A program made the position numbers and the translations under genes. 64,000 nucleotides of DNA from IMG/VR virus record IMGVR_UViG_3300032116_000001, positions 1-64,000 of that record. One strand, written 5' to 3'. The notes under the pieces are model-generated. The model worked only from the letters and a program-made list of their open reading frames with translations. It was not told the origin of the DNA and searched no databases. Shown here piece after piece: positions 38,306-47,019 of the stretch (position 1 is its first letter; each line of letters starts with the position of its first letter).

Positions 38306-38633
38306 ATGAGCAAAATCACAATTGGAATCTACAAGTCCGATGGCACTCTACTTGGTTACAAGGCAAGCCCCAAGTGGACACTCACTTCTGACAAAAGTGA
38401 TGCCGAACGCTACGTTTACAATCCAAGCGGGGATGGTTACAATTACAACATTGAGAAAGTGTTCCATATTGTCACGCGCAATCATGGGGCCTCTAAATTT
38501 CGTTTTCGATGAAATCTTCAACATACTAAAGTCTCACAAAGGTTTGAGAATCGGATATGAGTTTGAGGATTCTGACGAGCCTGTAATCACACACATGATT
38601 GAAAGCTCGGGTGTCTACCAAATTTCCCCTTAA
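38306..38633 (+). pseudogene. frameshifted paralog of 38663..38992
   Basis: Extra C at ~38483 (CGCAATCATGGG vs CGCAATATGGG in the paralog). Confidence 0.75.
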
Positions 38634-38662
38634 TTTCTAAAAAGCAATCAATATATAAAGCA

Positions 38663-38992
38663 ATGAAGGACACAATTGCTATTGGCATTTACCACTCTGA
38701 CGGAAAACTTCTCGGATACAAAGTAGACACGTTTTGGTCACTTTCTCAAGACAAAGCTGATGCCAAGCCTCACATTTTTGATGAAAAAGGAGAAATCCCC
38801 GATAATATTATTGGTAATCTAAGTCAGATTGTCACGCGCAATATGGGTCCTCTAGCCTTCTTCTCCGCAGAAACCGTGAACAAGATCAGTTCTCATAAGG
38901 GTCTCCGAGTGGGCTATGAACAAGATGGCTCCGACAAGCCTGTGATCACACACATGATCGAGGCTACAGGGGTTCATAAAATTTCCCCTTAA
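38663..38992 (+). CDS. hypothetical protein
   Basis: Intact paralog; promoter motif upstream. Confidence 0.75.
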   Translation: MKDTIAIGIYHSDGKLLGYKVDTFWSLSQDKADAKPHIFDEKGEIPDNIIGNLSQIVTRNMGPLAFFSAETVNKISSHKGLRVGYEQDGSDKPVITHMIEATGVHKISP

Positions 38993-39020
38993 TTCCAAAC
39001 AAAACTCCCTATATAAAGAC

Positions 39021-39917
39021 ATGAGTAGAGTAAAGAGAGTTATTGATAATGGTCTGGTATCGAAAAACTCAGTGCCAAAGCACTTCCCCGATTCGATTCA
39101 ATACGAGACGATCATGGGAAGTGTGGCCTACGGAGTGTCTTCTGATACGTCGGATATGGATATTTATGGATTTTGTATCCCGCCCAAGCACATTGTCTTT
39201 CCTCACTTAGCGGGACATATCCCTGGCTTTGGTCAACAGCCTGAGAAATTCGAGCAATGGTCGGTGCATCATATCAAAGATGAAGAAAAAAATACCGAGT
39301 ACGATTTTTGCATTTACAATATCGTCAAGTATTTTAGTTTGGTTATGGAAAACAATCCCAACATGGTGGATTCTCTTTTCACTCCACAAAACGCGATTTT
39401 GCACTGCTCTCCAATCGCTCAAATGGTGCGTGACGAACGTCATATCTTCTTGCATAAGGGAGCGTGGCACAAGTTCAAGGGCTATGCCTACTCGCAGATG
39501 CACAAAATTCGATCAAAGGAGGCTCCGCAAGGCAAGCGAAAAGAGCTGGTGGAACAGTTTGGATTCGACGTGAAGTTTGCTTATCATGTTGTAAGATTGA
39601 TTGACGAAGTTGAGCAAATTCTTGTTGAGGGCACTCTTGATCTTCAAAGAAATCGAGAACAGCTTAAATCTATTCGGAGAGGTGAATGGACTTTAGAGGA
39701 AATCGAGGAATACTTTACTCGTCGAGAAAAAGAACTTGAGCTGGCTTATGCTAACTCAAAGCTGCCTCACACGCCCGATGAAAAGCGAATCCGCCAGCTT
39801 TTGATGAATTGCCTTGAGCATCATTACGGAAACCTATCAGACGCCGTAGTGGATGTTGACGCGGCCACGAGAACACTTCAGCAAGTTGCGCATCTAATTC
39901 GACAAGGGGGATTCTAA
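39021..39917 (+). CDS. DNA polymerase beta-superfamily nucleotidyltransferase (YcgL-like)
   Basis: GSVAYGVSSDTSDMDIYG; NPNMVDSL; DVKFAYHVVRL. Confidence 0.88.
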   Translation: MSRVKRVIDNGLVSKNSVPKHFPDSIQYETIMGSVAYGVSSDTSDMDIYGFCIPPKHIVFPHLAGHIPGFGQQPEKFEQWSVHHIKDEEKNTEYDFCIYNIVKYFSLVMENNPNMVDSLFTPQNAILHCSPIAQMVRDERHIFLHKGAWHKFKGYAYSQMHKIRSKEAPQGKRKELVEQFGFDVKFAYHVVRLIDEVEQILVEGTLDLQRNREQLKSIRRGEWTLEEIEEYFTRREKELELAYANSKLPHTPDEKRIRQLLMNCLEHHYGNLSDAVVDVDAATRTLQQVAHLIRQGGF

Positions 39918-39957
39918 AAATCCCCCGTTTTTTCTTTTTTGATCAATATATAATTCC

Positions 39958-40308
39958 GTGAGCATCAACAGATTGCAGCTATCACCATCGGTTCTCGAAA
40001 AGCTCGATTCTCTAATTAATCGAGCTAAGGAAATTGAGAAGAACGCTCCTGATGACTATGACGAAAATGGAGTCATCATTGATTTTTTGGGAGACAACAC
40101 AAAGACCAAGGCCCAATCAGCGATCAGTTTTTTCCGCGATTCTATTACAGAACGAGCAACACGCCTTTCTGAAAATCTTGTTGAAGCTATTGAGCAACAG
40201 GTTCCGCAATTACCAGATCATCCTCTTGAAGCCTTTGATATCGCGAATCAACCCAAAAGCCCAATGAGAAACATGATGATTCGGAATGAAATTGATCTTC
40301 TTGATTGA
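39958..40308 (+). CDS. hypothetical protein
   Basis: GTG start after the promoter motif. Confidence 0.65.
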   Translation: MSINRLQLSPSVLEKLDSLINRAKEIEKNAPDDYDENGVIIDFLGDNTKTKAQSAISFFRDSITERATRLSENLVEAIEQQVPQLPDHPLEAFDIANQPKSPMRNMMIRNEIDLLD

Positions 40309-40351
40309 TAAAATTCCCCTTTGTTTTTGAATCCAATCGGATATATAAGAA

Positions 40352-40708
40352 GTGAAGTTCAATCAAGAAGCGCCTGGTGAATTTGTTTCGTCCTGTGGCA
40401 ATTGGTGCATTCAAGCATCCAATTCTAAGTTCCGCGCATTTAAGGTTTTCACTCAAATCAACCTTGGGCCTTTTGACACTTTTGAATTAGCAGTCGCGGG
40501 CATCGGCGATTATGACCCCAGCACTTGCAGCCGCGATGAAGAATTCGATGTTGATGACCGTGTGCAAGTTCCCGCGCCCGTAGAGGGCGATTTGCACAAT
40601 CATGAATTTGTTGGTACAATTGTGGGTTTTCGTGAAGATTATGCCCAGGTCGAAGATATGGAAGGTAATGTTTTCGATATTGAACCATGCAGACTCGAAA
40701 AGATTTAG
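40352..40708 (+). CDS. hypothetical protein (SH3-like C-terminus)
   Basis: GTG start after the promoter motif. Confidence 0.7.
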   Translation: MKFNQEAPGEFVSSCGNWCIQASNSKFRAFKVFTQINLGPFDTFELAVAGIGDYDPSTCSRDEEFDVDDRVQVPAPVEGDLHNHEFVGTIVGFREDYAQVEDMEGNVFDIEPCRLEKI

Positions 40709-40753
40709 TCAAAAAATCCCCTTAGTTCATGGTGCAAAAATCATATATTAAGG

Positions 40754-41065
40754 GTGGACAAGCGAGAACCCAGTAACCTTTTTGACGCTTTTAGCATTTG
40801 TGCAGAAATTATTAAGCAAATGCTAGCAGGACGTTCGACTGCCGAAATCATCGACAGCATTGACGTGAATGAAGAACATCTTGCCAACATTGCCGCCGAC
40901 ATGATTGTTGTTTGTGGGTTGAATAATGATTTGGCGATGGTTCTTAATGATGGAGAAACTTACACAAACATCTCAGGGTGTTCTATTCGGCAAATGACCG
41001 AAGAGTTTGACGAAGATGGGGAGTTCGTTGAAGATACGTTCGGTGACCCTATCATCGTAATGTGA
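40754..41065 (+). CDS. hypothetical protein
   Basis: GTG start after the promoter motif. Confidence 0.65.
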   Translation: MDKREPSNLFDAFSICAEIIKQMLAGRSTAEIIDSIDVNEEHLANIAADMIVVCGLNNDLAMVLNDGETYTNISGCSIRQMTEEFDEDGEFVEDTFGDPIIVM

Positions 41066-41188
41066 GTAAATTGACAGGAAACTAATCGGGGCAATGAAGC
41101 CCTGATTTTTTATAACTTTCTACGATTGTGCGGCACGATCATTATAAAAATCCCCCTTATTAATCGGCTCAATTTACTATAATGATAT

Positions 41189-41527
41189 ATGTACCACGTA
41201 GACGATTGCGTTATCGGAAAAGAAATTGCAAGTCAGGCTGAATATCATATCAATGTTTATGACTATGACGTTCGGTTATGTTCCGATGGCTGTTGCATTG
41301 AGGCGCGGACGGCAGCTGAACTTTGGAGCAACGACTGTAAAACTTTTCTAACCGAAGATGTGGATGGGTTTTGCAATAGTGGCGAGGCCGCTCAGAAGGT
41401 AATCAATTTGGCCAAGGCGCGTGGCCTCAATGTTCATCGAGGTAATACGGCGATCTATGTGGACGGCGATAGAGATTGTTCTAACGAATTGATTTACGGA
41501 TTGAAAAAATTTCCCCTAGATTACTGA
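41189..41527 (+). CDS. hypothetical protein
   Basis: Promoter-like motif upstream. Confidence 0.65.
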   Translation: MYHVDDCVIGKEIASQAEYHINVYDYDVRLCSDGCCIEARTAAELWSNDCKTFLTEDVDGFCNSGEAAQKVINLAKARGLNVHRGNTAIYVDGDRDCSNELIYGLKKFPLDY

Positions 41528-41551
41528 GACAAGAGGCATATATAAACTACC

Positions 41552-42292
41552 ATGACAATCGAACACGATAACATCGAAGAGCGAGTTGGAAAGGGAACTT
41601 TAATTCGTATTTCCAAGCTGCTTACCATGGCGAAGGATAAGCGCACGAACGAGAATGAAGCCCATAGCGCTATGCAATCGGCTCTTGCGCTTTTGTCTCG
41701 GTATAACATTACGGCTTCTGATGTTGAGAATTCGGGCATTTTCGAGGAAGCAGTGGGTTCTGAATCTTTTAATCCAACTGAAAATCGAAATCACTCCACA
41801 TGGCGATCCCAGCTAATCAATTCCATCGCAAGCACTCACTTCTGTCATGTCTATCGACGAAACGGGGGCGAGTTTATTCTGACTGGTAAGGAAACTAATC
41901 GTGCCGCCGCGATGATGCTTTTTCAGTATCTTTCCGTCGTGATTGAAGAAAATGCCCTTCAGGCTGTCCGCGAATACGACGGATGGGAATCGAAAAAGAC
42001 TTATGGCAATGCCTATCGGCTTGGAATGGTGACTCGAATTAATGAACGACTTATTGACCAAAAGCGCCAAATTATTCAAGAGGCTTCATCCAATAACACT
42101 GAAATTGTTGCTGTCAATCCTTATGAACAGGCCGAAAAAGAAAATCAAGCCTATGTCAAATCGAAGGGCGTAAAACTGTCGTCACACGCCTCAAGCAGTA
42201 ATCTTGGAAGTGGCGCGGGTTGGCATCGAGGGCGCAAAGATGGCGAGCGCGTTGGGCTTACCGCTGGGCGAGCACTAGGATATAAAAAGTGA
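41552..42292 (+). CDS. DUF2786 domain protein
   Basis: RISKLLTMA...NENEAHSAMQSALALLSRYNI; AYRLGMV; GWHRGRKDG. Confidence 0.8.
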   Translation: MTIEHDNIEERVGKGTLIRISKLLTMAKDKRTNENEAHSAMQSALALLSRYNITASDVENSGIFEEAVGSESFNPTENRNHSTWRSQLINSIASTHFCHVYRRNGGEFILTGKETNRAAAMMLFQYLSVVIEENALQAVREYDGWESKKTYGNAYRLGMVTRINERLIDQKRQIIQEASSNNTEIVAVNPYEQAEKENQAYVKSKGVKLSSHASSSNLGSGAGWHRGRKDGERVGLTAGRALGYKK

Positions 42293-42717
42293 GAGATACG
42301 CAAAAAGCCAAATTTTACAAATTCGAGGACTATATCATCAAGCGATTCCTCCAAAAAGAACTACATGATGGACTTGAATTTCGAGAAATCGAAGGGCTTG
42401 TTGGAAGAATCTGCCATTCTTATAATGTCCGCCCGCCAAAGATAAAGGTCGGTCGGCAGAATTCGAGCAAAGCCTACTACAAAACGATTGACCATAGTAT
42501 CACGCTTCCGCCATGGGCTCAGAGAACATGGACGGTAGTCCATGAAACAGCTCATGCAATTACTTATGGGAAAGGATATAAGGACCCTGGGCACGATGGT
42601 GATTTTGTTGGAGTATGGGTAGAGCTTTTTTCAAGAATGTATGACATCCCCAAGGAAACTCTTGAGTCGGAAGTTAAGCTGGCGGGATTGAGATATGTCA
42701 AATTTTCCCCCAAATAA
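42289..42717 (+). CDS. SprT-like HExxH zinc metallopeptidase
   Basis: ITLPPWA...VVHETAH...GHDGDF. Confidence 0.75.
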   Translation: MRDTQKAKFYKFEDYIIKRFLQKELHDGLEFREIEGLVGRICHSYNVRPPKIKVGRQNSSKAYYKTIDHSITLPPWAQRTWTVVHETAHAITYGKGYKDPGHDGDFVGVWVELFSRMYDIPKETLESEVKLAGLRYVKFSPK

Positions 42718-42742
42718 ATCAGAAAGAAATCATATATAAGAC

Positions 42743-42958
42743 ATGAACACCAAGCAAAATCAGGTCGCAGATGACATTTATAATCGGCTTTCCAGTTCCG
42801 CGCCTGGGTTTTATCGATATTGGTCTGATACGGTTGACCGATCAGTGGCCCAAGCACTAATCAAAAAGGGACCATTTTTCAGTTACGGCAATTCTTGGCG
42901 ATTCAAGGCCGAAAGTCTCGGGGCTGGAATGTATCGTGTCAAGATCATTGAAGCCTAG
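42743..42958 (+). CDS. hypothetical protein
   Basis: Promoter motif upstream. Confidence 0.65.
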   Translation: MNTKQNQVADDIYNRLSSSAPGFYRYWSDTVDRSVAQALIKKGPFFSYGNSWRFKAESLGAGMYRVKIIEA

Positions 42959-43029
42959 TCCCGATCAGGCCATCTTCATAAAAATCCCTTATTTTTATCG
43001 TTTCGATTCGATATAAAAAGGGAGGCTAA

Positions 43030-43482
43030 ATGATTACCCTTTTCAAGTTCGAGACCGAAGATGACGGCACGATTATCATTCCGATGGAGAAAATCGGAGT
43101 CACTATCAAGGACCTACAAGATGCCTTCAAGGAGGCAAAAGAACACGCCCAAGACGAATATGATGTAGAGCTGACCAAAGACACGATTTTCACAGTCGAA
43201 GAAGTCCACGGCCTGAAAGATTTTCTTGAGAAATACACTCTAATCGAGCGTCCGACGGCGAAGGCTGGCAAACCGTTCTCTAAAGCCGTTTTTGACCCTG
43301 ATTTGCATACCCTTCCCGAAGTTGCAGACCAGAACCAAGTCTGGACCTGGACCGATTGTGATGATGGCGGAAGTTATCTGATTCAAGGATACCATCATGC
43401 CAATCGCTTGGGCTATATCTTTACTGAAAACAAAGATGGAGAACCAGTGCCGATTGATGGAAACTCCTACTTTGTAGACTAG
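43030..43482 (+). CDS. hypothetical phage protein
   Basis: GGAGG SD; VWT...GYHHANRLGY. Confidence 0.7.
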   Translation: MITLFKFETEDDGTIIIPMEKIGVTIKDLQDAFKEAKEHAQDEYDVELTKDTIFTVEEVHGLKDFLEKYTLIERPTAKAGKPFSKAVFDPDLHTLPEVADQNQVWTWTDCDDGGSYLIQGYHHANRLGYIFTENKDGEPVPIDGNSYFVD

Positions 43483-43850
43483 GTGACTGGGAACAAGAAA
43501 GGGGGAAGTAACTCCCTCTTTCTTTATGACTTTCCGTGATTATGCGCCACGATCATTAAAAATCCCCTATATCTTATATTCCAATCGGATATATAAGATA
43601 TAATGAAAACCAAACATGTTTTTCGAGTTTACCCCAAGAATGCAACATCTTCCGAGGATGCTTTGGTAATTGAGAAAACCATAAGCCCGAAATCTGTCCT
43701 TCGAGTAATGGGAAACCTTCTTGGCAAGTATAATGCTTCAGAAGTGGCTTTATTGAAATCCGAGGACAAATAAGACTTTTTTAACAAAAAGTCCCAAAAT
43801 CATAGGACGATTTTGTTTTTTGATCGTATAATAGATAAGGACACTTTATT

Positions 43851-43943
43851 ATGAAGACCCACACCACATCAAATACGAATATGGTCTTCACCCGACGCAA
43901 TTCCGCGACGGGCGTCCAACAACGCTGTCGGCGTTCCGCTTAA
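43851..43943 (+). CDS. Gln/Arg/Cys leader peptide MKTHTTSNTNMVFTRRNSATGVQQRCRRSA
   Basis: AAGGAC SD; CAA CAA CGC TGT CGG CGT codon run; upstream of tRNA-Gln x2, tRNA-Arg x2 and tRNA-Cys. Confidence 0.75.
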   Translation: MKTHTTSNTNMVFTRRNSATGVQQRCRRSA

Positions 43944-44032
43944 GTCGGGCTGACACGTTACCACCTGCAAGTAACTTCTTTTTCGAAGAATTAGCCCGCT
44001 CTCTGAGCGAGACGTCGATTATCATCTCGTGC

Positions 44033-44106
44033 TCGGGGATCGTCTAGAGGCAGGACTCTGGTCTCTGGAACCAGAAGCGGTGGTTCGAATCCATCTCTCC
44101 GAGCCA
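44033..44106 (+). tRNA. tRNA-Gln (CTG)
   Basis: TCGGGGA/TCTCCGA-GCCA; CTGGT-CTCTGGA-ACCAG. Confidence 0.93.
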
Positions 44107-44113
44107 GCTTCAC

Positions 44114-44199
44114 TGGGTCTTAGGCGAATTGGTAGAGCCGCCTGTCTTTGGAACAGGACTCCTGAAAAGGTGGAGGTTCGAATCCTCCCGACCCAGCCA
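44114..44199 (+). tRNA. tRNA-Gln (TTG) with enlarged variable arm
   Basis: CCTGT-CTTTGGA-ACAGG; GCCA end. Confidence 0.88.
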
Positions 44200-44271
44200 A
44201 TTAAAGGCTTTATGCATTTTGAAAAAATAATTAAAAAAGGCTTTCTTAACAGAAGTACATAATTAAAACGA

Positions 44272-45057
44272 GTGATTCAAACTTCCAATAAGAAAACAAG
44301 AGTAAAGCGCAGTCGAATTTGGACGATGCCTAAAGACGAGTTCGCTCAACTAGTGGCCTCAAGTCAAACTTATGTCGAAATTCTCCGAGCCATTAACTAC
44401 ACCATACGAGGAGGAGCTTTTCGAATTTTAAAAGAACGAATTGCGACAGAAATGATCGACGATTCACATATATTAAAGAATGGAAGGCAAACCATTTATG
44501 CCCATAGATTCAATACTCGGTCAGATGACGATATATTTTGCGAAAATTCTACATACAATAGTGGCCCTGCCCTGAAAAAGAGAATGATTAAGCTAGGCTT
44601 ACCTGAAGAATGCACAAAATGTGGGCTTGGTGCAACATGGAATGATGAACCTCTATCTCTGCAAGTAGACCATATCAATGGGGTGCGCAACGATAACAGA
44701 TTAGAGAATTTGAGGCTTCTGTGCCCAAATTGTCATTCTCAAACCGAAAATTTTGCTGGCAGAAAGTTGAACGCAAAAAACAAATCATGTCCAGAATGCT
44801 GCGCTAAGATCAGTGGATACCGTAAAGATCAGAGATGCCAATCTTGTGCCAATAAGATCAGGTCTAGAGAAATGCAACTAATATCAAAACCATCAAAAGA
44901 CGAGCTTCAAGATATGTTGTGGAAAATGCCCGCGACTAGGATTGCTAAGATATACAATGTGTCCGATAAAACAGTTGGTAATTGGGCTAAATCCTACAAA
45001 ATTGACAAACCGAGCCGTGGACACTGGGTCAAAAAAAATACTCCCCCCCCCTTGTAG
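44272..45057 (+). CDS. HNH homing endonuclease with C-terminal zinc-finger/HTH
   Basis: LQVDHINGVRNDNRLENLRLLCPNCHSQT; ATRIAKIYNVSDKTVGNW. Confidence 0.9.
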   Translation: MIQTSNKKTRVKRSRIWTMPKDEFAQLVASSQTYVEILRAINYTIRGGAFRILKERIATEMIDDSHILKNGRQTIYAHRFNTRSDDDIFCENSTYNSGPALKKRMIKLGLPEECTKCGLGATWNDEPLSLQVDHINGVRNDNRLENLRLLCPNCHSQTENFAGRKLNAKNKSCPECCAKISGYRKDQRCQSCANKIRSREMQLISKPSKDELQDMLWKMPATRIAKIYNVSDKTVGNWAKSYKIDKPSRGHWVKKNTPPPL

Positions 45058-45123
45058 CTTAATGGATAGAGCGCAGCACTTCGGATGCTGATGTTATGGG
45101 TTCGAGTCCTATCGAGGGGGCCA
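45048..45123 (+). tRNA. tRNA-Arg (TCG)
   Basis: CAGCA-CTTCGGA-TGCTG; overlaps the HNH stop. Confidence 0.9.
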
Positions 45124-45134
45124 AAATTTAAAAC

Positions 45135-45210
45135 ACGCCTGTAGCTCAGTGGATAGAGCATCAGCTTGCGGAGCTGAGGGTCGGAGGTTCGAACCCTCTC
45201 AGGCGTGCCA
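45135..45210 (+). tRNA. tRNA-Arg (GCG)
   Basis: TCAGC-TTGCGGA-GCTGA; GCCA end. Confidence 0.92.
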
Positions 45211-45216
45211 ATATAC

Positions 45217-45291
45217 GGCCACGTACCCAAATGGTTAAGGGCTCCCTCTGCAAAAGGGATGTTGCGAGTTCGATTCTCGCCGTGGCCTCCA
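45217..45291 (+). tRNA. tRNA-Cys (GCA)
   Basis: GGCCACG/CGTGGCC-TCCA; U73 discriminator. Confidence 0.95.
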
Positions 45292-45335
45292 AAAATCCCC
45301 TATATTTTTGTCACAATCGGATATATAGTTAGAGA

Positions 45336-45902
45336 ATGACCCAGATTCAAATCGAAGCCGCGAAGCAAATGAAAAAGGCCTGCTATCGGAGTCGCGGGAC
45401 CTTAATCAAAGCAATTCTGGCTTATGTCGAATACCTGATGCGATGTTCGGATTGCCCGCGCAATTGGCCCAAGCACAATCAAGTGAACGTTTCTGCCGAA
45501 ACTCTAAAGTCTCTTGCGTGGCTTTACGGCAATTATCATACTGCGGTTTTAGGACAGAAGTTAAACAACCTTCAGTTTTGGATTGAAGAAAGTGGTCGTC
45601 AAATCCCGAGCGAATCTATCGAAGACTATCATGTAAACTCTCTTGACAATAGGATGCTTACCCGAAGAGAGATTTGGGCTGGTGAGATTTTGAGTCACTT
45701 GGTTTTTGCGATTGTCTTTCCCGAAGAAATGGCTCAGACGGGGCTGACTGCTGATGGAATGAATCAAAGATTCGCGGAACTTGATTATGATTTTAACTTG
45801 GTGCTTGAAGATGCTTCAGAAGGCTACGGGACGATTTGCGCATGGATGTCTAAATCAACATCGGTTGAAGTCTTGCGAGACATCTGGCACTTAAACAAGT
45901 AA
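45336..45902 (+). CDS. hypothetical protein
   Basis: Promoter motif; terminator at 45910-45942. Confidence 0.7.
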   Translation: MTQIQIEAAKQMKKACYRSRGTLIKAILAYVEYLMRCSDCPRNWPKHNQVNVSAETLKSLAWLYGNYHTAVLGQKLNNLQFWIEESGRQIPSESIEDYHVNSLDNRMLTRREIWAGEILSHLVFAIVFPEEMAQTGLTADGMNQRFAELDYDFNLVLEDASEGYGTICAWMSKSTSVEVLRDIWHLNK

Positions 45903-46021
45903 GTTGATAAAAATACCCCTGTCCACCAAGGGGTATTTTTTATTACTTTCTACGATTATGGTTCACGATCATTATAAAAAATCCCCTGTTTTCGAGAAAT
46001 CAAAACAATATATAAAATAGA

Positions 46022-46261
46022 ATGTTGATTCAAGTGTATGACAGTCTTGACGGCAATTATGTCGGCGGCATCTACAAAGTCACTCGCAATGATGGCGGAG
46101 ACCAATCGCAACACCAATTCATTGATGCTTGGGCTCGTGCTGTGGAACAAGCGAAAAGCATTGGAGAGGATTGGGGAGAAGATGACATTTTCGAGGCTCT
46201 GAAAGAGTTTGGTTGGGAAGTCGTGCTTCCAGCCATTGACATTTTGCCAGTACAATACTAA
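46022..46261 (+). CDS. hypothetical protein
   Basis: Promoter motif upstream. Confidence 0.65.
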   Translation: MLIQVYDSLDGNYVGGIYKVTRNDGGDQSQHQFIDAWARAVEQAKSIGEDWGEDDIFEALKEFGWEVVLPAIDILPVQY

Positions 46262-46262
46262 A

Positions 46263-46592
46263 ATGACCGCAAAACAAGCAAAAGAAATTCAACAAGAAGT
46301 CATTGTGAAGCAAAACAATGATAACGCAAGCATCATCGACAATCTTCTTGAAAAGGGTATTTTTAAGAAGATTGAAGACGCGGCTAGGGATGGTAGAAAT
46401 TCAACTCGTATTGGGCGTCCTTACCACGATACTGGTTTTGAAACTCCAGAATTCCGTTGTGGCGACTTTAGCCTAAATTATGTTTTGGGCTTCATTGACA
46501 ACAATGCGATGCGCGAGATTATCATTCAAAAACTCAAAAACCTGGGATATACTGTGTCTGTTGAGGCCTCTAGTTTGATAATTGAGTGGTAA
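46263..46592 (+). CDS. hypothetical phage protein
   Basis: IEDAARDGRN...LKNLGYTV...IEW. Confidence 0.7.
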   Translation: MTAKQAKEIQQEVIVKQNNDNASIIDNLLEKGIFKKIEDAARDGRNSTRIGRPYHDTGFETPEFRCGDFSLNYVLGFIDNNAMREIIIQKLKNLGYTVSVEASSLIIEW

Positions 46593-46640
46593 AAATCCTT
46601 TCTTTTCATTGATGCAATCGGATATATGATTTAGGTCACG

Positions 46641-46925
46641 ATGAGAAACGAAGACGCCTCTAGCATTAATTTTGACATTGATAAGCCCTTTCATGTATTT
46701 ATTTGCGATGGATGTCGGGAGGCTGGCCCGTATACTCAATATGGCATAAGTCATCTTGACGCTGCTGGTCGCTTTGCAGAACGATGGAACAAGAATCTTA
46801 TGTCATGCTCTAAATCGCATTATGGCTATGGGAAACAATGGGAGGAAGCCCCCCGTAAACCTGAACAGTACGCAAACCATCACTATTTCCAAGACGAGCG
46901 AGGCAACAAACTCTTGATTATCTAA
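46641..46925 (+). CDS. hypothetical protein (Lar-like CxxC...WN motif)
   Basis: CDGCREAGP...AERWN. Confidence 0.55.
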   Translation: MRNEDASSINFDIDKPFHVFICDGCREAGPYTQYGISHLDAAGRFAERWNKNLMSCSKSHYGYGKQWEEAPRKPEQYANHHYFQDERGNKLLII

Positions 46926-47019
46926 CCAAGAGTTTGTTGCAATATAATTATTTTTCACGACAAAATGATCGTGCCGCATAACCATAGAAAGTTATAAAAA
47001 AGAAGGGGGCAGTGCCCCC

